Source: Eledone cirrhosa
Taxonomy: Eukaryota
NCBI GenBank assembly: GCA_964016885.1
Contig: OZ024741.1
Location: forward strand, 392,274,001-392,338,000
DNA: 64,000 nucleotides
Direction: 5' to 3'
Shown in pieces: positions 14,267 to 28,305 of the stretch. Each line of letters begins with the position of its first letter. Within the stretch, counting starts at the first letter, position 1. The translations under genes and the position numbers were made by a program. A model generated the notes under the pieces. It searched no databases. It worked only from the letters and a program-made list of their open reading frames with translations, and was not told where the DNA came from.

Positions 14267-14934
14267 AAGAAGTATTTTTGTGTGTGTGGAACATATGAAT
14301 TTTAAAAATTCATTTTGTACTACTTTTCCTAAAGTGGTTGGCCGCTTTCTTGAAGTTAGTATTGCAAATAGTCAGACCATTGGCATCACAAAACTCAAGA
14401 TGGGGCCCTTAAATTGTGATGGAATCATAGGGATCCTGTCCTGAAGCACATTGGGTATTTTAAACTTAGCAGAACCAATCCCTCTCCAGGTCAGAACACA
14501 GCCTATTTCTTCAAAAGAGCAAAAGAGAAAGAAAGAATTGACCCAATATCCCCACCCCCTCCTCCTCCTCCACTAACTTCATGGCCATGGCCCTATCAGC
14601 ATTATCTTCCCCTCCTCGCTCTTGTTTCATTCTAAATAAGCAAACTACATGCTGCACTCCTTTCCTGTCTCTCCCAAAATAAAACCCAGCCCATGGTTCT
14701 ATCGTCTTCACATCCACTCACCTTCCGGTTAGCTATTTGGCAAATATGGCTTTTGCCCCTTCTCACAGTTACCTTGTTACATCGTATGTTATATGTATAT
14801 ATATGTTTTGTAATGCATGTGTGTATATTGTACATAGACATATTTACGCGCATACTATATATGTATATGTATGTTGTATATTTATATATATATTGCGTAT
14901 TTATGTGTGTGTGTGTATGTGTGATGTATATCAT

Positions 14935-17900
14935 CATCATCACTGTTTTACGTCCATTCTTCCACGCTAGCATGGGTTAGACGGGTTGTCCTGTTGTGGG
15001 CAGTGCCAGGTCGGCTGACCATGTCTTGCTCATACAGGAACTGATTTGGGCTTGATTTCTATAGCTGGATGCCCTTCCTAACACCAACCTCCTTTATAGT
15101 GAGTGCTGGGTGCTTTTTTTCTGTGGCACCTACACGTCCACTTTGCAGTGGGAGGGGTGTGTGGGTATATTGTCTATATGCTTCAGCTTTGGCTTGTACT
15201 CGTGGGGGGTCGGGTCTCCTGTATTACTGCGTGATGCCAGAGGTCACGGTCCTGCATCATTGCCTTTGAGAGGTGCAATTGGGTAAGGTCAGCTTTTATC
15301 ACCTCATCCCAGGTCTTCTTGGGTCTCCCCACTCCATGGCTTCCATCGACTTCTAGTGCTCTGCACCTTTTTTTATGCAGCTGTCATCCTTCATACGCAT
15401 CACATGTCCATACCAACGCAACCTCCTCTCCTGCATACAGCATTTGATTTCCTTTATGCTCAGTCTCTCTCTCAATTCGTTTATGCTTTCCCGTTCACAT
15501 ATATTACTATTACACATCCATCGGAGCATGCAAGCTTCGTTTCTTTCTAATCTACACAAGTCTTCTACACACAAGGCCCAGATCTCACTACCATGTAACA
15601 TTGCTGTTCGTATGCATGCATCATACAGTCTGCCTTTCATTTTGAGGGAAAAGCCTTTTGCAGCTAGCAGTGGCAGTAGCTCCCTGAACTTCTTCCATCC
15701 CGTTCTTACTCTGGCTACTGTACTTTCCGAACACCCACCTTCACTGCTAATTCGGTCACCTAGGTAGCAAAAGCTGTCTACTGTTTGTACAGAGCCCTCC
15801 CAGAGTCTGGTGGTGCTTGTTTCCTGTGGCTGTTTGCTGCTTACTGTCCAGGTGCAACTGCTACATGTAAAGCCTACATTCTTAGCTAAGCTTCCTGAGA
15901 TCCCACTACATCTCTTGTGTACCCATTATTTGCATTTGGGGCAGAGGATGGAGTTCCTACCTACACCTTTCCTACAAACTGAGCATGGCCATTTCCCTGA
16001 GGGGATCTAGGTTCTGTTTTCTCGTCTACTTATGATGACCTTAGTCTTCGTCAGGTTGACTTTGAGACCCTTTCTTTCTAGTCTCTGCTTTCATGTTTGG
16101 AATTTCTTCTCTAGTTTCACCAGAGATTCAGCTATAAGTGTGAGATCATCCGCATACAGGAGTTCCCATGGGAATCTGGTCTTAAACTCCTCTGTTATTG
16201 CCTGCAATACTATAATGAACAGGAGAGGGCTAAGGACAGAGCCCTGCTAAATTCCTCGCTACAGTCATTGTTAACCCTAACTTTGCTGACTGCTCCCCTA
16301 TACATGGCTTGTACTGCTTTCACAAGCCATTCATCTACTCCTAGTTTTCTAAGAGCCCTTCAGATTATACTGCGAGGCACTCTGTCAAAGGCTTTTTCCA
16401 GATCGACAAATGCCAGGTAGAGCGGCTTACTTTTAGCTAGGTACTTTTCCTGTAACTTCCTCACAAGGAAGAGGGCATCAGTGGTGCCTTTTCCTGGCAC
16501 AAACCCAAATTGCATCTCACCTAGTTTTACCCGGTCCCTAATCAACTGTGCTATACTTTCATGTCCTGGTCCATCAGCTTTATACCTCTATAGTTTCCTC
16601 TATCTAGTGCATCACCTTTACCCTTGTAGCAGTTGTCAATGATACTGCTGCACCAATCCTTTGGTATGACACCCTCTAGTATTACCTGGTTAACAATACG
16701 TGTGGTTATGGTGTGACCTACCAACCCAGATGCTTTCAGCATCTCGGCAGCTATACCCGATGGAGTGCTTGACTTCCCAGTCTTCATATCTTTAATTGCC
16801 TTACTTATTATGCTGCTGCTGACTTGTACTGCTGGCCCCTCTTTAGGATCCACTTGGGTAGGGTCTCTTTCTCCCATGCATTCTCCTCATTTAGTAATCT
16901 TTCATAGTGGCTCTTCCACGCATTTTTCTCCTCAGCACTTGTAAGGGCAAGCTCACCTTTATCATTCCAGACACACTTCTCTCCAATGACATCACAATTT
17001 TCTCTAACACACTGCCTTGCAATCCTGAACACCTCCAGTTTCTGGTCCTCATGCTGCAAAAGTATACTTGTCGCCTAGCTTCCCCCCTGGTCTCTATGTA
17101 ATGTGCCCTACTTTCCCCGTTCTTCCATTCTTTCCATGCCTGTCTCTTAGCCTTAACTGCCTCATCTACCTTATTGTTCCACCGCCAAGTCACTATCCTC
17201 CTCCCTGTGGTCTTGCTCCAACCACAGATCTCGTCCATCGCCTTTAGAAAGTTATTTTTTAGGAACTCCCAGTGTTCTTCTACATTGAATGTCTCTATCT
17301 GTTTGTAGCGGTTGTCTCCCTTGTTTGGATTAACATCTAGACGGGAAGTAGAACCCTTTCTGCAACTTCCGGTCAGAACCCTATAAAACTAACAACTTTA
17401 AGTTCTCACTCTCTCATTGCCCTTTCGGCACCAGGCTAAGAACCTCTCATTTGGCCTTCCGGCGCCTGGCCTTAGCCAGGCGTCCTCTGCCAGCCGCGTT
17501 TGCCTGGCAATCAAAACGGTAACGACTAACTTTGTTTCATTCTATCATCTATTTCTTTGACATGTTAACTATACTATCTACCATTGTTAATTAAATATTA
17601 TCTACACAAACCATGTCTCGTTTTGTTACATTCATACAACCCAGTATCCTCGCTATATGTTCTTCTTTACTGTCATAGGCGTCGAGTAAGATATCTTTAA
17701 ATCTGTTACTGGCTGAGGGATCTTTCAGCTTCCAGATCTTCTTCTCCAGGTTGCCTGCTGTTTCCAAGTTCGTCTAGTTTTGACAATGAGGTTGCTGACA
17801 ACTAAATTATGTTGGCAGGTACATTCCTCACTAGGAAAGGCTTTTGTGTTTACAACCGTCCATCTATCTCGTCCTCTGATGAGGATAAAATCTATCTGAC

Positions 17901-18630
17901 TAGAATGCTCCCCTGATCTATTGGTGATCAGATGTTTGTCGGGTTTTTTGAAGTTTGTGTTACATATCGACATGTCATTGGCATCGCAGAATTCTAGCCC
18001 AAAGCCTTCTTCATTTCTTGTGCCAAACCCGTAGCCTCCATGGACTCTATAGAAGCCATCACGGTGTTTCCCAACGTGTCCGTTAAAGTTCTCTGCATTG
18101 ATTAGGAAGTCACTGTTGTTTGTTAGGGCAGTGGTGTGCATTAAGGACTCATAAAACCTATCCTTAAGTTCGCCTGGCAAACCCGATTGTGGTGTGTAAG
18201 CTGATATGATTGTGGCAATTGTTTTATTCAGGATTAGTCTGAGTTTAATGATTCTTACGTTCACCCTGTTAACTGAGATTACCTTATCTACCCATTTGTC
18301 AGCTAATAGAATACCTACACCACCCATTCCGTTGTAATTTCCCACCCAGAAAAATTTGTAGCACTGATTTTTGCCTACAAGGACTCTAGCAGACTCTCCT
18401 ATCCATCTAGTCTGTCTCTTGTACACAGCATACATCAATTTTTTTTTGCTCTAGCATCTCTACGATTTCCCTACCTTTCATTGTACTTACATTGATGGTT
18501 CCAAAACGGAGTTTTGGACATTTGCCATCACTCGTAGGATGGGGTAAATTTTTGCGGGAGTGTGTGTATACTTCCTATCTCTGAATTAAAGCTTCTGAAT
18601 TAAAGCATGGGTGCTTAGTAACTCGCAGAT
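14935..18630 (-). mobile_element. Near-full-length decayed RTE LINE (APE endonuclease, RT, PHD-like finger, 3' UTR)
   Basis: APE motifs GVGILL, SAYTPQ, FNGHVG, SQIDFIL; RT motifs QFGFVPGKGTTDA and AFVDLEKAFDRV; multiple frameshifts. Confidence 0.95.
17304..17657 (+). mobile_element. Solo LTR (Gypsy-like) nested in the RTE LINE
   Basis: TGTAGCG...CGCTATA termini, 4-bp TSD TGTT on both sides, TATA-like ctataaaa, attaaa signal. Confidence 0.8.
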
Positions 18631-18789
18631 TCAATATATATATATATATGTATATTGTATATATGTGCTATGCTATATATGTATATATTGTGTATTATCT
18701 CTATATGTATGTTAATGTATATTATATATGTATATTGGGTATTATGTATTGTATGTTATATACATGCACATGTGGTATATATATCATGT

Positions 18790-19415
18790 ATACACCCAGC
18801 CCAAACTTCACTATGAGCAAGGTATGGCTTAGCCAACTGGCCAGAGTTGTCTCATAACGGTGCCACCCAGTTCCACACTGGGGTTGGCACTAGAAAAGGC
18901 ACCCAGCAGCCGTAGAAACCTAGCTTAAACACAGCCCCACTATGAGTAAGGCATGGCAGGGCCAACTGGCCAGACTGCCATCATAATGGGGGCACCCAGC
19001 TCCCAAAATACAGTTCCTCTGTAAGCAGGGTATGGAGCAGTCAACTGGCCAGAGACCCCTCATAACAGTGGCCACCCCAGTTCCACACTGTCCTCCACAC
19101 CACTCTCACTCCACCCAACTAACACCCAGGGCCTCCAGCAGATGTAAAAAACCAGCCAACACACAGACCCCGATATGGGCAGGTATGGCGTAGCCCATCA
19201 TGGCCAGACTTGTCTCATAACAGGACCAACCAGTTCCACACTGTAAACGTGGTTGGTGTTAGGAAGGACATCCAACTGTAAAAATCCAAGTCAAAATACA
19301 GTTCTATTTGAGTAAAGTATGGCATGGCCAGATTTGTATCATAATGTGGATGACCCATCTAACCTATGCAAGCATGGAAAAATAGATGTTAAACGATGAT
19401 GATAATGATGATGAA
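18790..19415 (+). repeat. Degenerate array of about 5 modules ending in an RTE-type (GAT)n tail
   Basis: Recurrent tatgagcaaggtatggc..gccaactggccaga...tcataa. Confidence 0.75.
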
Positions 19416-19574
19416 ACCCAAGAAGTTTCTGGCCACCCATAGAGTATATTTTCTACAGAAACACCTACCATATACACATAAAAGGATTAAAAGATCAAGT
19501 AAGATTAAACAATATTAAAATAAATTCTCATATTTGTAAACAAAACCATTACTACCATACACTCTTTGAAATAA

Positions 19575-19927
19575 ACAACAGTCAGTAGGCACCTCTAACA
19601 AAATACACCCCCGTCCCACTACCCCCACCCCAATGTAAAGTTATGTTGGTACTACAACATCCAGTCCAAAACAAATGAGGTCGTGTAGGTGTCACAACAA
19701 AAAAACACACAGTCCACGCTGTAATGTGGCCGTGTAGGTAACACGGTAAAAACCTCCCAGTTCCACACTGTAAATGTGGTTGGTGTTAGGAAAGGCATCC
19801 AGCCGTAGAAAACCCGCCAGACAGTCCTATGCGAGCAAGACAACCACTCTTGCCTCAAGTGGGAAAACTCCCGTCCAAACCCATGCAAGCGTGGAATATG
19901 GACGTTAAACGATGATGATGATGATGA
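19575..19927 (+). mobile_element. RTE 3'-UTR-only copy
   Basis: Inverted near-copy of 23873-24250; ggacgttaaacgatgatgat tail. Confidence 0.85.
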
Positions 19928-21138
19928 ACTAAATATAAAAACTTCTTGGGATACAGATACTTGACTCTACTTCTATCTCTGAGAAATACCATATACTTCA
20001 GACAGATAATCAAAATAGTTCTAAAAAAACTTACATTAGTTCTGAAAAATTACCATCACTTAAATTTACTTTATATTAATTGCATAAATTCTATCAGGAA
20101 TGATTTAGCTCCTTTGGCAACATTTAAAAATAACTCGGAAGAATGTTCACTGAAATACTGTATGCATATATAAGCCGAGAAATATAAGACAAAAAAAAAA
20201 ACCAATGGTAATATTTTGCTGATTTTCACCAACTTCAAAATTCTATGTAAGTGAGGTGCTAAAATATTTTCACTTTGGAAGTGAATGTTAAACCAATTTC
20301 ACTTTCATGTGAAATTTGTATTTGCTATTGCTTTTGATATGTTTTGAATAAATATGGCCTTCAAAAGGTCAGAAATTGGTTAAAAATCATTATGTAATGG
20401 AGTTGTGTAACAAAAATTATACTTTAAATGACACAAAATATTGAAACTTCTTAAATAAAATCTCCACTCATGAGAATTTGAAAACCACACTATCTAACCA
20501 TAATGTATTGATTACCTGTCGCAGCTTATAAACAGGGTTTGGATTTTTGCCTATTTCTCAGACATAAAATAGGTATTGGTTTATATTCAAGTATATTATT
20601 GTAATACATTGTTTCACATTAATTAATTCCAAATTCTGGATTACCTATTGTGTCTGACCTCTCTTTCCTTCCTTTACTGATAGCCTAAACTCTTAATGCA
20701 ATTAAAATATATTTTCCCTTACACTTTGCATCATATCACTCATTCTATTACACACACACACACACGAAAAAGGTTTATACATTTTTTTCTTAGAACTACA
20801 ATCATTTTGTCACTTTCTCCTTGTTAGTAATTTCTCATGTTTTAACAACCTTTTCAAAGGCCACATCAAAAACATAACTCAAATTCCAGAATAAAAAGAA
20901 ATAATCTGCAAGGGCCAGTTAACTAGATAATGCTTATTTCACATATATTTACACTCAGAAAACCCACGTAATGGTAATTAGAAAGCCGTATCTCTTTAAG
21001 AAATGAAAGAAAAGGATAAAGGAAAATAAAATATAAAACATGGCATAATCAAAAAAGAAACGTATATGTAAAAGCATTTTGCAGTTTTCCCAACAAAATA
21101 CATTATTCACTTAATAGAAAAAACTTCTTTTTACTTAC

Positions 21139-21199
21139 ATTATCGGTAAAAATGACACCCCATTTCCAAAGTTGGTATTGCCAATCCATATTTGAGATA
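21139..21199 (-). CDS. RyR: RyR exon (ISNMDWQYQLWKWGVIFTDN)
   Basis: tag/gtaagt sites; 61 nt; D..YQ.WK.GV.FTDN motif. Confidence 0.95.
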
Positions 21200-21284
21200 C
21201 TAAAGGAAAGGAAGATAAAATTGATGAATCAATAAAGGTTAAAATCTCAATTTAGTCAACATTACTCTTATGTTACTTTTCTTA

Positions 21285-22560
21285 CAACTAGATGAGATGC
21301 AGTTTGGATTTGTGCCGGGAAAAAGCACCACTGATGCCCTCTTCCTTGTGAAGCAAATGCAAAGCAAACCACTCTACTTAGCATTTGTGGACCTAGAGAA
21401 AGCTTTTGTAGATGAGCGGCTTGTGAGAGCAGTATAGGCCTTGTACAGAGGGACCACTAGCAAAGTTAAAATCAACAATGAGTACAGGGAGGAATTTAGC
21501 ATACAAGTGGGGGTTCACCAGGGTTCCATCCTTAGCTCCCTCCTCTTCGATATTGTCCTACAAGCTATAACAGGAATTTAAGAATGGTGGTCTGTGGGAA
21601 CTCCTATATGCTGACAACTTGACCCTCATAGCTGATTCTATGACAGAATTAGAGAACAAATTTCAGACATGGAGGCACAGCTTAGAAATAAAAGGCCTTA
21701 AGGTCAGCCTGGCAAAGACCAAAATCCTAGTGAGTAGAAAGGAAAACAGGGCTCTAATCCCCTCCGAGAAATGGTGCTGCTTGATATGCAGGAAAGGAGT
21801 AGGCAGAAACTCAATCCGGTGTCCCATATGCAAACTGTGGGTACGCAAGAGATGTAGTGGGAAAACAGGCAGGTTAGCAAAAAACACAAACTTTGCTTAC
21901 TACTCCAGTACAGGGGTAGTAAGCAAAGGCCATCAAGTAGGAAGCTCCTTATATTGCACAGAAAACCCCATAGAAATAGTTGATAGCTTCTGCTATCTGT
22001 GTGACCAAATCAGCTGCCGATGTGGTTGTGCAGAAAGCAAATTTTCCCGAGTAAGAAAGGGATGGAAAAAGTTCAGGGAGCTAATGCCGCTGCTAACTAC
22101 AAAAGGTCTCTCACTCAAGATAAAAGGCAAGCTGCATGATGCCTGTGTGCACTCAGCAATGCTACATGGAAGCGACACATGGGCTCTGCATGCCGAGGAG
22201 GATCTATGGAGATTGGAAAGAAATGAAGCCTGCATGATCAGATAGATGTATAACAGAAGTGTATGTGAATGGCAAAGTGTAAATGTGTTGAGAGCAAAAC
22301 TGGGCATAAGAAGGATCAAATGCTGTGTACAGGAGAGAAAACTGCAGTGATATGGTCACATGATGAGCATGAAGGATGACAGCTGTTTAAAAAGGTGCAG
22401 ATCTTCAGAGGTTGTTGGATGTCCCTGAAGAAGAGGACTCAGGAAGACAAGGGAGGAAACAATAAAGCCTGACTTAGCTCAGCTGATTCTCCCAATGGGG
22501 ATGACACAGGACTGAGATCTCTGGTGCTACAATGTACGAACAAAAGACCCGAGTTGACAA
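21285..22560 (+). mobile_element. Decayed 5'-truncated RTE LINE
   Basis: DEMQFGFVPGKSTTDA, PHD-like finger, MLHGSDTWA. Confidence 0.9.
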
Positions 22561-22818
22561 TTCAACCTTGACTCGGCTCATAATGGCACCACACAGCTCC
22601 ACACTGTAAACACAGTCAATGGCAGGCCTACCCAGTAACATGGCTCCTTTTATGAGAAAGCTTTGATGCGGCCAACTGGCCCAATCTCCCTCAAACTATG
22701 GTTTTACTCTGAGCAGGGTATGGCGCGGTCAACTGGCCTGTCACTCCTCATAACGGTGTCATGCAGTTCCACATTGTAAATGTGGTTGCAGATCCCAAAC
22801 CATAGTTCCGCTGTGAGA

Positions 22819-23018
22819 NNNNNNNNNNNNNNNNNNNNNNNNNNNNNNNNNNNNNNNNNNNNNNNNNNNNNNNNNNNNNNNNNNNNNNNNNNNNNNNNNN
22901 NNNNNNNNNNNNNNNNNNNNNNNNNNNNNNNNNNNNNNNNNNNNNNNNNNNNNNNNNNNNNNNNNNNNNNNNNNNNNNNNNNNNNNNNNNNNNNNNNNNN
23001 NNNNNNNNNNNNNNNNNN
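22819..23018. other. Assembly gap (200 N)
   Basis: Run of N. Confidence 1.
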
Positions 23019-23408
23019 AATGATTATGTTGATAACATAATACAGTTTTCTTATAGGAAAGGAAGTCCAAGTGGTTACAGATAGGAAACAAGAAAAATTG
23101 TCGTAATCCTTTAGCATTTAAACCGTCTGTATATGACATCAAAATCTTATGGATTCAATATTGTGAGATAATTATTTGAGATAAAGCCTTTTACTGTGAA
23201 AATACAATAGTAAATATAGAGTAATGTGAATGCTAAAGGGTTAAAAGAAGAATTATAAGTGGCAAAATTGAAATGAAGGGGTTCCAATGGTATTGGAGTT
23301 CAGATTGTGAAGAATTTAGCTGAATTATTCCAACTGCTGTGTTATGTACATAATATTCTGACAATGGATCTTAAATGGAAATAAAATCATGAAAAAAGAA
23401 ATACATAC

Positions 23409-23530
23409 AAAGCTGGCAGCATTCCTGTATGCTCTACTGTATCTTCGATGGTTATTGAATCTCCTTTCTTCATACCTAGCAGATTACTGATGCTTTCATA
23501 ATCATACTGCTCAGCATATCGTAGTCTGAC
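23409..23530 (-). CDS. RyR: RyR exon (VRLRYAEQYDYESISNLLGMKKGDSITIEDTVEHTGMLPAF), S2-S3 loop
   Basis: cag/gtatgt sites; 122 nt; phases fit. Confidence 0.93.
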
Positions 23531-23872
23531 CTGTAATAGTAATATATTCATTATAGAATATTTTCTTTACACGCACACACATCAATATTTATTTTATTTA
23601 TTAACTGGCTCAATTATTGATCGTTTAAATCATCATCGTTTGTCAATAATTTTGATGTTTTATTAAATAATTTGACAGTTGCTGATCATATTAATCTTTG
23701 TTGATAACACTAAGTATTTTGTTCAATACTGCCATTACACTATTGATTCTGTAGAGAAGTACTCTGCAATAGGATTCATTCCAGTTAGTATTGAGTAAGA
23801 CAGTGTGTGGCATGATGCTGCAGTATCATAGATGTGACAAGTACCTATAGTATTGTGAATTCATATATATAT

Positions 23873-26110
23873 ATCATCATCATCATCATCATCAACGTTT
23901 AACGTCCATGTTCCACGCATGCATGGGTTTGGACGGGAGTTTTCCCACTTGAGGCAAGAGTGATTATCTTGCTCGCATAGGACTATCTGGCAGGTTTTCT
24001 ACAGATGGATGCCCTTCCTAACACCAACCACATTTACAGTGTGGGGCTGGGAGGTTTTTACCATGTTGCCTACACGGCCACATTACAGCGTGGACCTGTG
24101 TGTTTTTTTGTCGTGACACCTACACGATCTCATTTGTTCGGCCTGGATGTTGTGGCACCAACATAACTTTACATTGAAAGGGGCGGTGTCGATGGGGTGG
24201 GGGTGGTGGGACGTGGGTGTATTTTGTTAGAGATGCCTACTGACTGTAGTAGGTTTTACTTTGTATTTAGGTAAGGCGGGTCTTCTCTATTACTGAGTAC
24301 CGCCATAGGTCTCGGTCCAGTGACATTGTCTTGGAGAGGTGTAAGTGTGTGAGGTCGGAATTTATCAGCTCGTCCCAGGTTTTTCTGGGTCTGCCTACTC
24401 CGTGGCTACCGTCTATCTTTATTGCCCTGCACTTTGTTATACAGCTGTCGTCTTTCATGCGCATCACGTGACCATACCAACGTAGCCTTCTCTCGAGTAA
24501 ACAACATCTGATCTCTCTTATTTCTAATTTTTTCCTTAGTTCGTTTATGCTTTGCCGTTCACGTATATTACTATTACACATCCAGCGGAGCATGCAAGCT
24601 TCGTTCCTCTCTAGTCTGCGTATATCCTCTGCACACAATGCCCAGGTCTCACTGCCATGCAACGTTGCTGTTCATATGCAGGCATCATACAACCTGCCTT
24701 TCATTTTTAGGGAGAACCCTTTAGCGGCTAATAGTGGTATAAGCTCTCTGAACTTTTTCCATCCAGTTCTGACTCTAGCTACTGTACTTTCAGAGCACCC
24801 TCCCCCACTGCTGATTTTGTCACCCAGGTAACGGAAGCTGTCCACTATTTCTATAGAACCCTCTGCGCAGTTGAAGGAGCTAGTATTCTGTGGGCACTTG
24901 CTGCTACTTATTGCACCAGAGCACCGGCCACATGTAAAATCTATGTTCTTAGTTAGCTTACCTGTGATCCCACTACATCTTTTATGCACCCATACTTTGC
25001 ATTTGGGACATAAAATGGAGTTTTTACCTACGCATTTCCTACACACTGAGCATGGCCACTTCCCAGAAGGGACCGCCGCCTTATTTTCTTTCTTACAAAC
25101 TAGAACTTTAGTCTTAGCCAGGTTAATTTTAAGGCCTTTTGATTCTAGGCCGTGCTTCCATGTTTGGAATTTCTTCTCTAGTTCGGCCATTGATTCAGCT
25201 ATGAGTGTTAGGTCATCTGCGTATAGGAGTTCCCATGTTATAGCCTGAAGGGCAATAATAAATAGTAGGGGGCTAAGAACAGAGCCCTGATGGACACCAA
25301 CTTTTACGCTAAACTCTTCACTATATACGTTGTTAATTCTAACCTTGCTGACTGTTTCTTTATACATGGCTTGTATAGCTCTCACAAGCCATTCGTCAAC
25401 ACCTAGTTTTCTAAGAGCCCACCAGATAATGGAACGGGGGACTCTGTCGAAGGCTTTCTCCAAGTCGACAAAAGCTAAGTATAGGGGTTTACTTTTAGCT
25501 AGGTACTTCTCCTGTAGTTGTCGTACAATGAAAAGAGCGTCTGTGGTACTTTTGCCTGACACAAACCCGAACTGCATTTCATCTAGATCAATTCTCTCTC
25601 TGATTAGTTGCGCTATTACTTTTTCTGTGACCTTCATGACCTGGTCGATTAATTTAATGCCTCTATAGTTACTCCTATCTAGGGCATCTCCTTTTCCCTT
25701 ATAGCAGTTAACGATGATGCTGCTACGCCAGTCCTTCGGAACAACCCCATTCTGTACGACTTGGTTAACTATCCGGGTGACCATGGTGTGTCCCACCGTT
25801 CCAGATGTCTTCAGCATCTCAGCAACTATTTCCGAAGGCCCAGCCGCCTTACCCGTCTTCATATCTTTGATTGCCTTACTTATTATACTACCCTCGACTA
25901 ACACTGCTGGTCCCTCTATTGGGTCGATGTGGGGGAGACTGTCTTTCTCCCATTTATTCTCCTCATTTAGTAGCCTTTCGTAGTGACACTTCCAAGCTAC
26001 CTTCTTATCAGCGTTGGTGATGGCAAGTACGCCATCATCATTAAGTACACACTTCTCCCCGACAATATCACGGTTTTCCTTGACACATTGCCTAGCAATC
26101 CTGAACACCT
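23873..26110 (-). mobile_element. 5'-truncated RTE LINE with a 478-aa RT ORF
   Basis: ORFs 24672-26108 and 24267-24662; LYADD; 8-codon deletion before WELLYADD; (GAT)n tail. Confidence 0.95.
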
Positions 26111-26269
26111 CATATATATATATATATATTGTTATACTTTGCGAGGGTCATTGCTGCCAACAAAAACATGCACACGCCTGTTGGTTTTCACTTCAATTTA
26201 TTATAAACTTCCAGTTGGTTAGTTTAATAACTGGATGGCTGTTTATTTGTTGATTGTCAAAGCTCTTTC

Positions 26270-26430
26270 GTCACACATTCTGTGACCTCCTCAGTGACTA
26301 CCTTTCACCATCATTGCTCCCACCACTTCCACATTTTGATCATTTGTTGATGAAATTGGCTTTCCAGAATGAAGTTCATCTTCAACACTTTCATAGCCTT
26401 TTTTGAAAGCTTTGTGCCAATAAAAAACCT
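26270..26430 (-). mobile_element. Mariner transposase fragment
   Basis: Minus-strand translation FYWHKAFKKGYESVEDELHSGKPISSTNDQNVEVV resembles mariner W..RFK.G...EDE.RSGRP. Confidence 0.7.
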
Positions 26431-26965
26431 TACCAAAGATCTCGGTCCAGTGACGTTGTCTTAGAGAGGTGTAAGTGTGTAAGGTCGGAATTTATCAAAT
26501 CGTCCCAGGTTTTTCTGGGTCTGCCTACTCCGTGGCTTCCATCAATTTTGATCGTCCTGCATTTTTTTATACAGCTGTCGTCTTTCATGCGCATCACGTG
26601 ACCATACCAACGTAGTCTTCTCTCAAGTAAACAACATCTGATCCCTCTTATTCCTAATTTCTCACTTAGTTCATTTATGCTTTGCCATTCATGTATATTA
26701 CTATTACACATCCTGCGGAGCATGCACGCTTCATTCCTCTCCAGTCTGCGTAGATCCTCTGCACACAATGCCCAAGTCTCACTGCCATGTAACATTACTG
26801 TTCGTATGCAGGCATCATACAGTCTGCCTTTTATTTTTAGAGAGAAACCTTTAGCAGCCAATAGTGGTATAAGCTCTCTGAACTTTTTCCATCCCGTTCT
26901 GACTCTAGCTACTGTACTTTCAGAGCACGCTCCACCACTGCTGATTTCGTCACCCAGGTAACGGT
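26430..26965 (-). mobile_element. RTE LINE fragment, same subfamily as 23873-26110
   Basis: YLGDEISSGG...RPRKTWDDLI. Confidence 0.9.
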
Positions 26966-27009
26966 ATATATATTTATATATATGTGTATATATGTGCGTA
27001 TGTACCTCC

Positions 27010-27770
27010 CCAGCCCCCAGTCCACACTGTAAAGTGGACATGTATGCATCATGAAAAAAAGCACCCAATACACACTGTAAATGTGGTTGGAATTAGGAAG
27101 GGCCTCCAGCTGTAGAAACAAAGCAAAAATTGGTCCAGTGTGAGCAAGACATGGTCACCTGATCTGGCTTATTTCACAGTGGCATAACTTGTCTAACCCA
27201 TGCTACTGTGGAAAAATGGACGTTAAATGGTGATGAGGATGATGATGAGATATATCTAAATATCTCTATATATTAGAGATGTCTAAAAGAGATGGCACTA
27301 ATATCTAAAAAAGGCCTCTTTGGTGAGTTGATTAAGCCTGTCGTGAGGCTTGCAATGCTGAACCTTGCTTTCTTCATTTAGCAAGGAGAATGGCTTTATA
27401 ATGCTTGTTGCATATATATATATATGTATATATGTGCTTAACTTACACTCAGTAGGCACCTCTTAATCCAATATACACCCTACACCCCACACACTCTACA
27501 CCCCTCCCAATTCTACTCACACCACCCTTACTCTGTAAAGTTATGTTGGTACCACAAAACATCCAGCCCACACTGTGAAGTGGTCATGTAAGAGACATGG
27601 CAAAAAGCACCCAGCACATTGGCATTAGGAAGGGCATCTAACTGTAGAAAACCAGCCAGAATCAGTCCTATATGAGCGAGACATGGTCACCTGACTTAAC
27701 TTGCCTCAAATGGGACAAACCCATCTAACACACGCTAGCATGGAAGATAGGTGTTAAACGATGATGATGA

Positions 27771-27775
<5 letters not shown>
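27010..27775 (+). mobile_element. Two RTE 3'-tail derived elements (about 27010-27250 and 27445-27775)
   Basis: ttaggaagggc.tc.a.ctgtagaaa module plus gttaaa.g.tgatga tails. Confidence 0.7.
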
Positions 27776-27828
<53 letters not shown>

Positions 27829-28305
27829 TGAATAGGAGTGGGCATATTACTGATTCAATACCAAATGTGATACTATAAAGCTCAATGTAAATACAGAGCA
27901 TAATAATTTAAATTTAAGTGAAAAACAAAGCTAATATTTCTAATCATTTTAACTTCTACATTCATTTGCATAACAAACTGTGTAATTTCCATATTAATTA
28001 ATTAGTCTACCAAATCAATAAAGCAGTTGCAATCACTTAATATTAAATTATCCTCAAGAAATCAATATAAAATTTGGAGAATGCATGTTCCGAAGAAAAA
28101 TATACAAATCCGTTGTCAATAACATATAGATACTAAAAAGTCTTTTTTTTTAAACACACATATACAAGGCAGTTTTTTAGATTGGTGAAGGAGACCGATA
28201 TTTTTTAAGCAACATGTAATTAGATCAAAGCAGTAAACATTCTAATGCAAGGCAATAAAACCTCCAAGCTGTAGCATAGTTTAAACTAGAACTTAGGAAA
28301 CTTAC

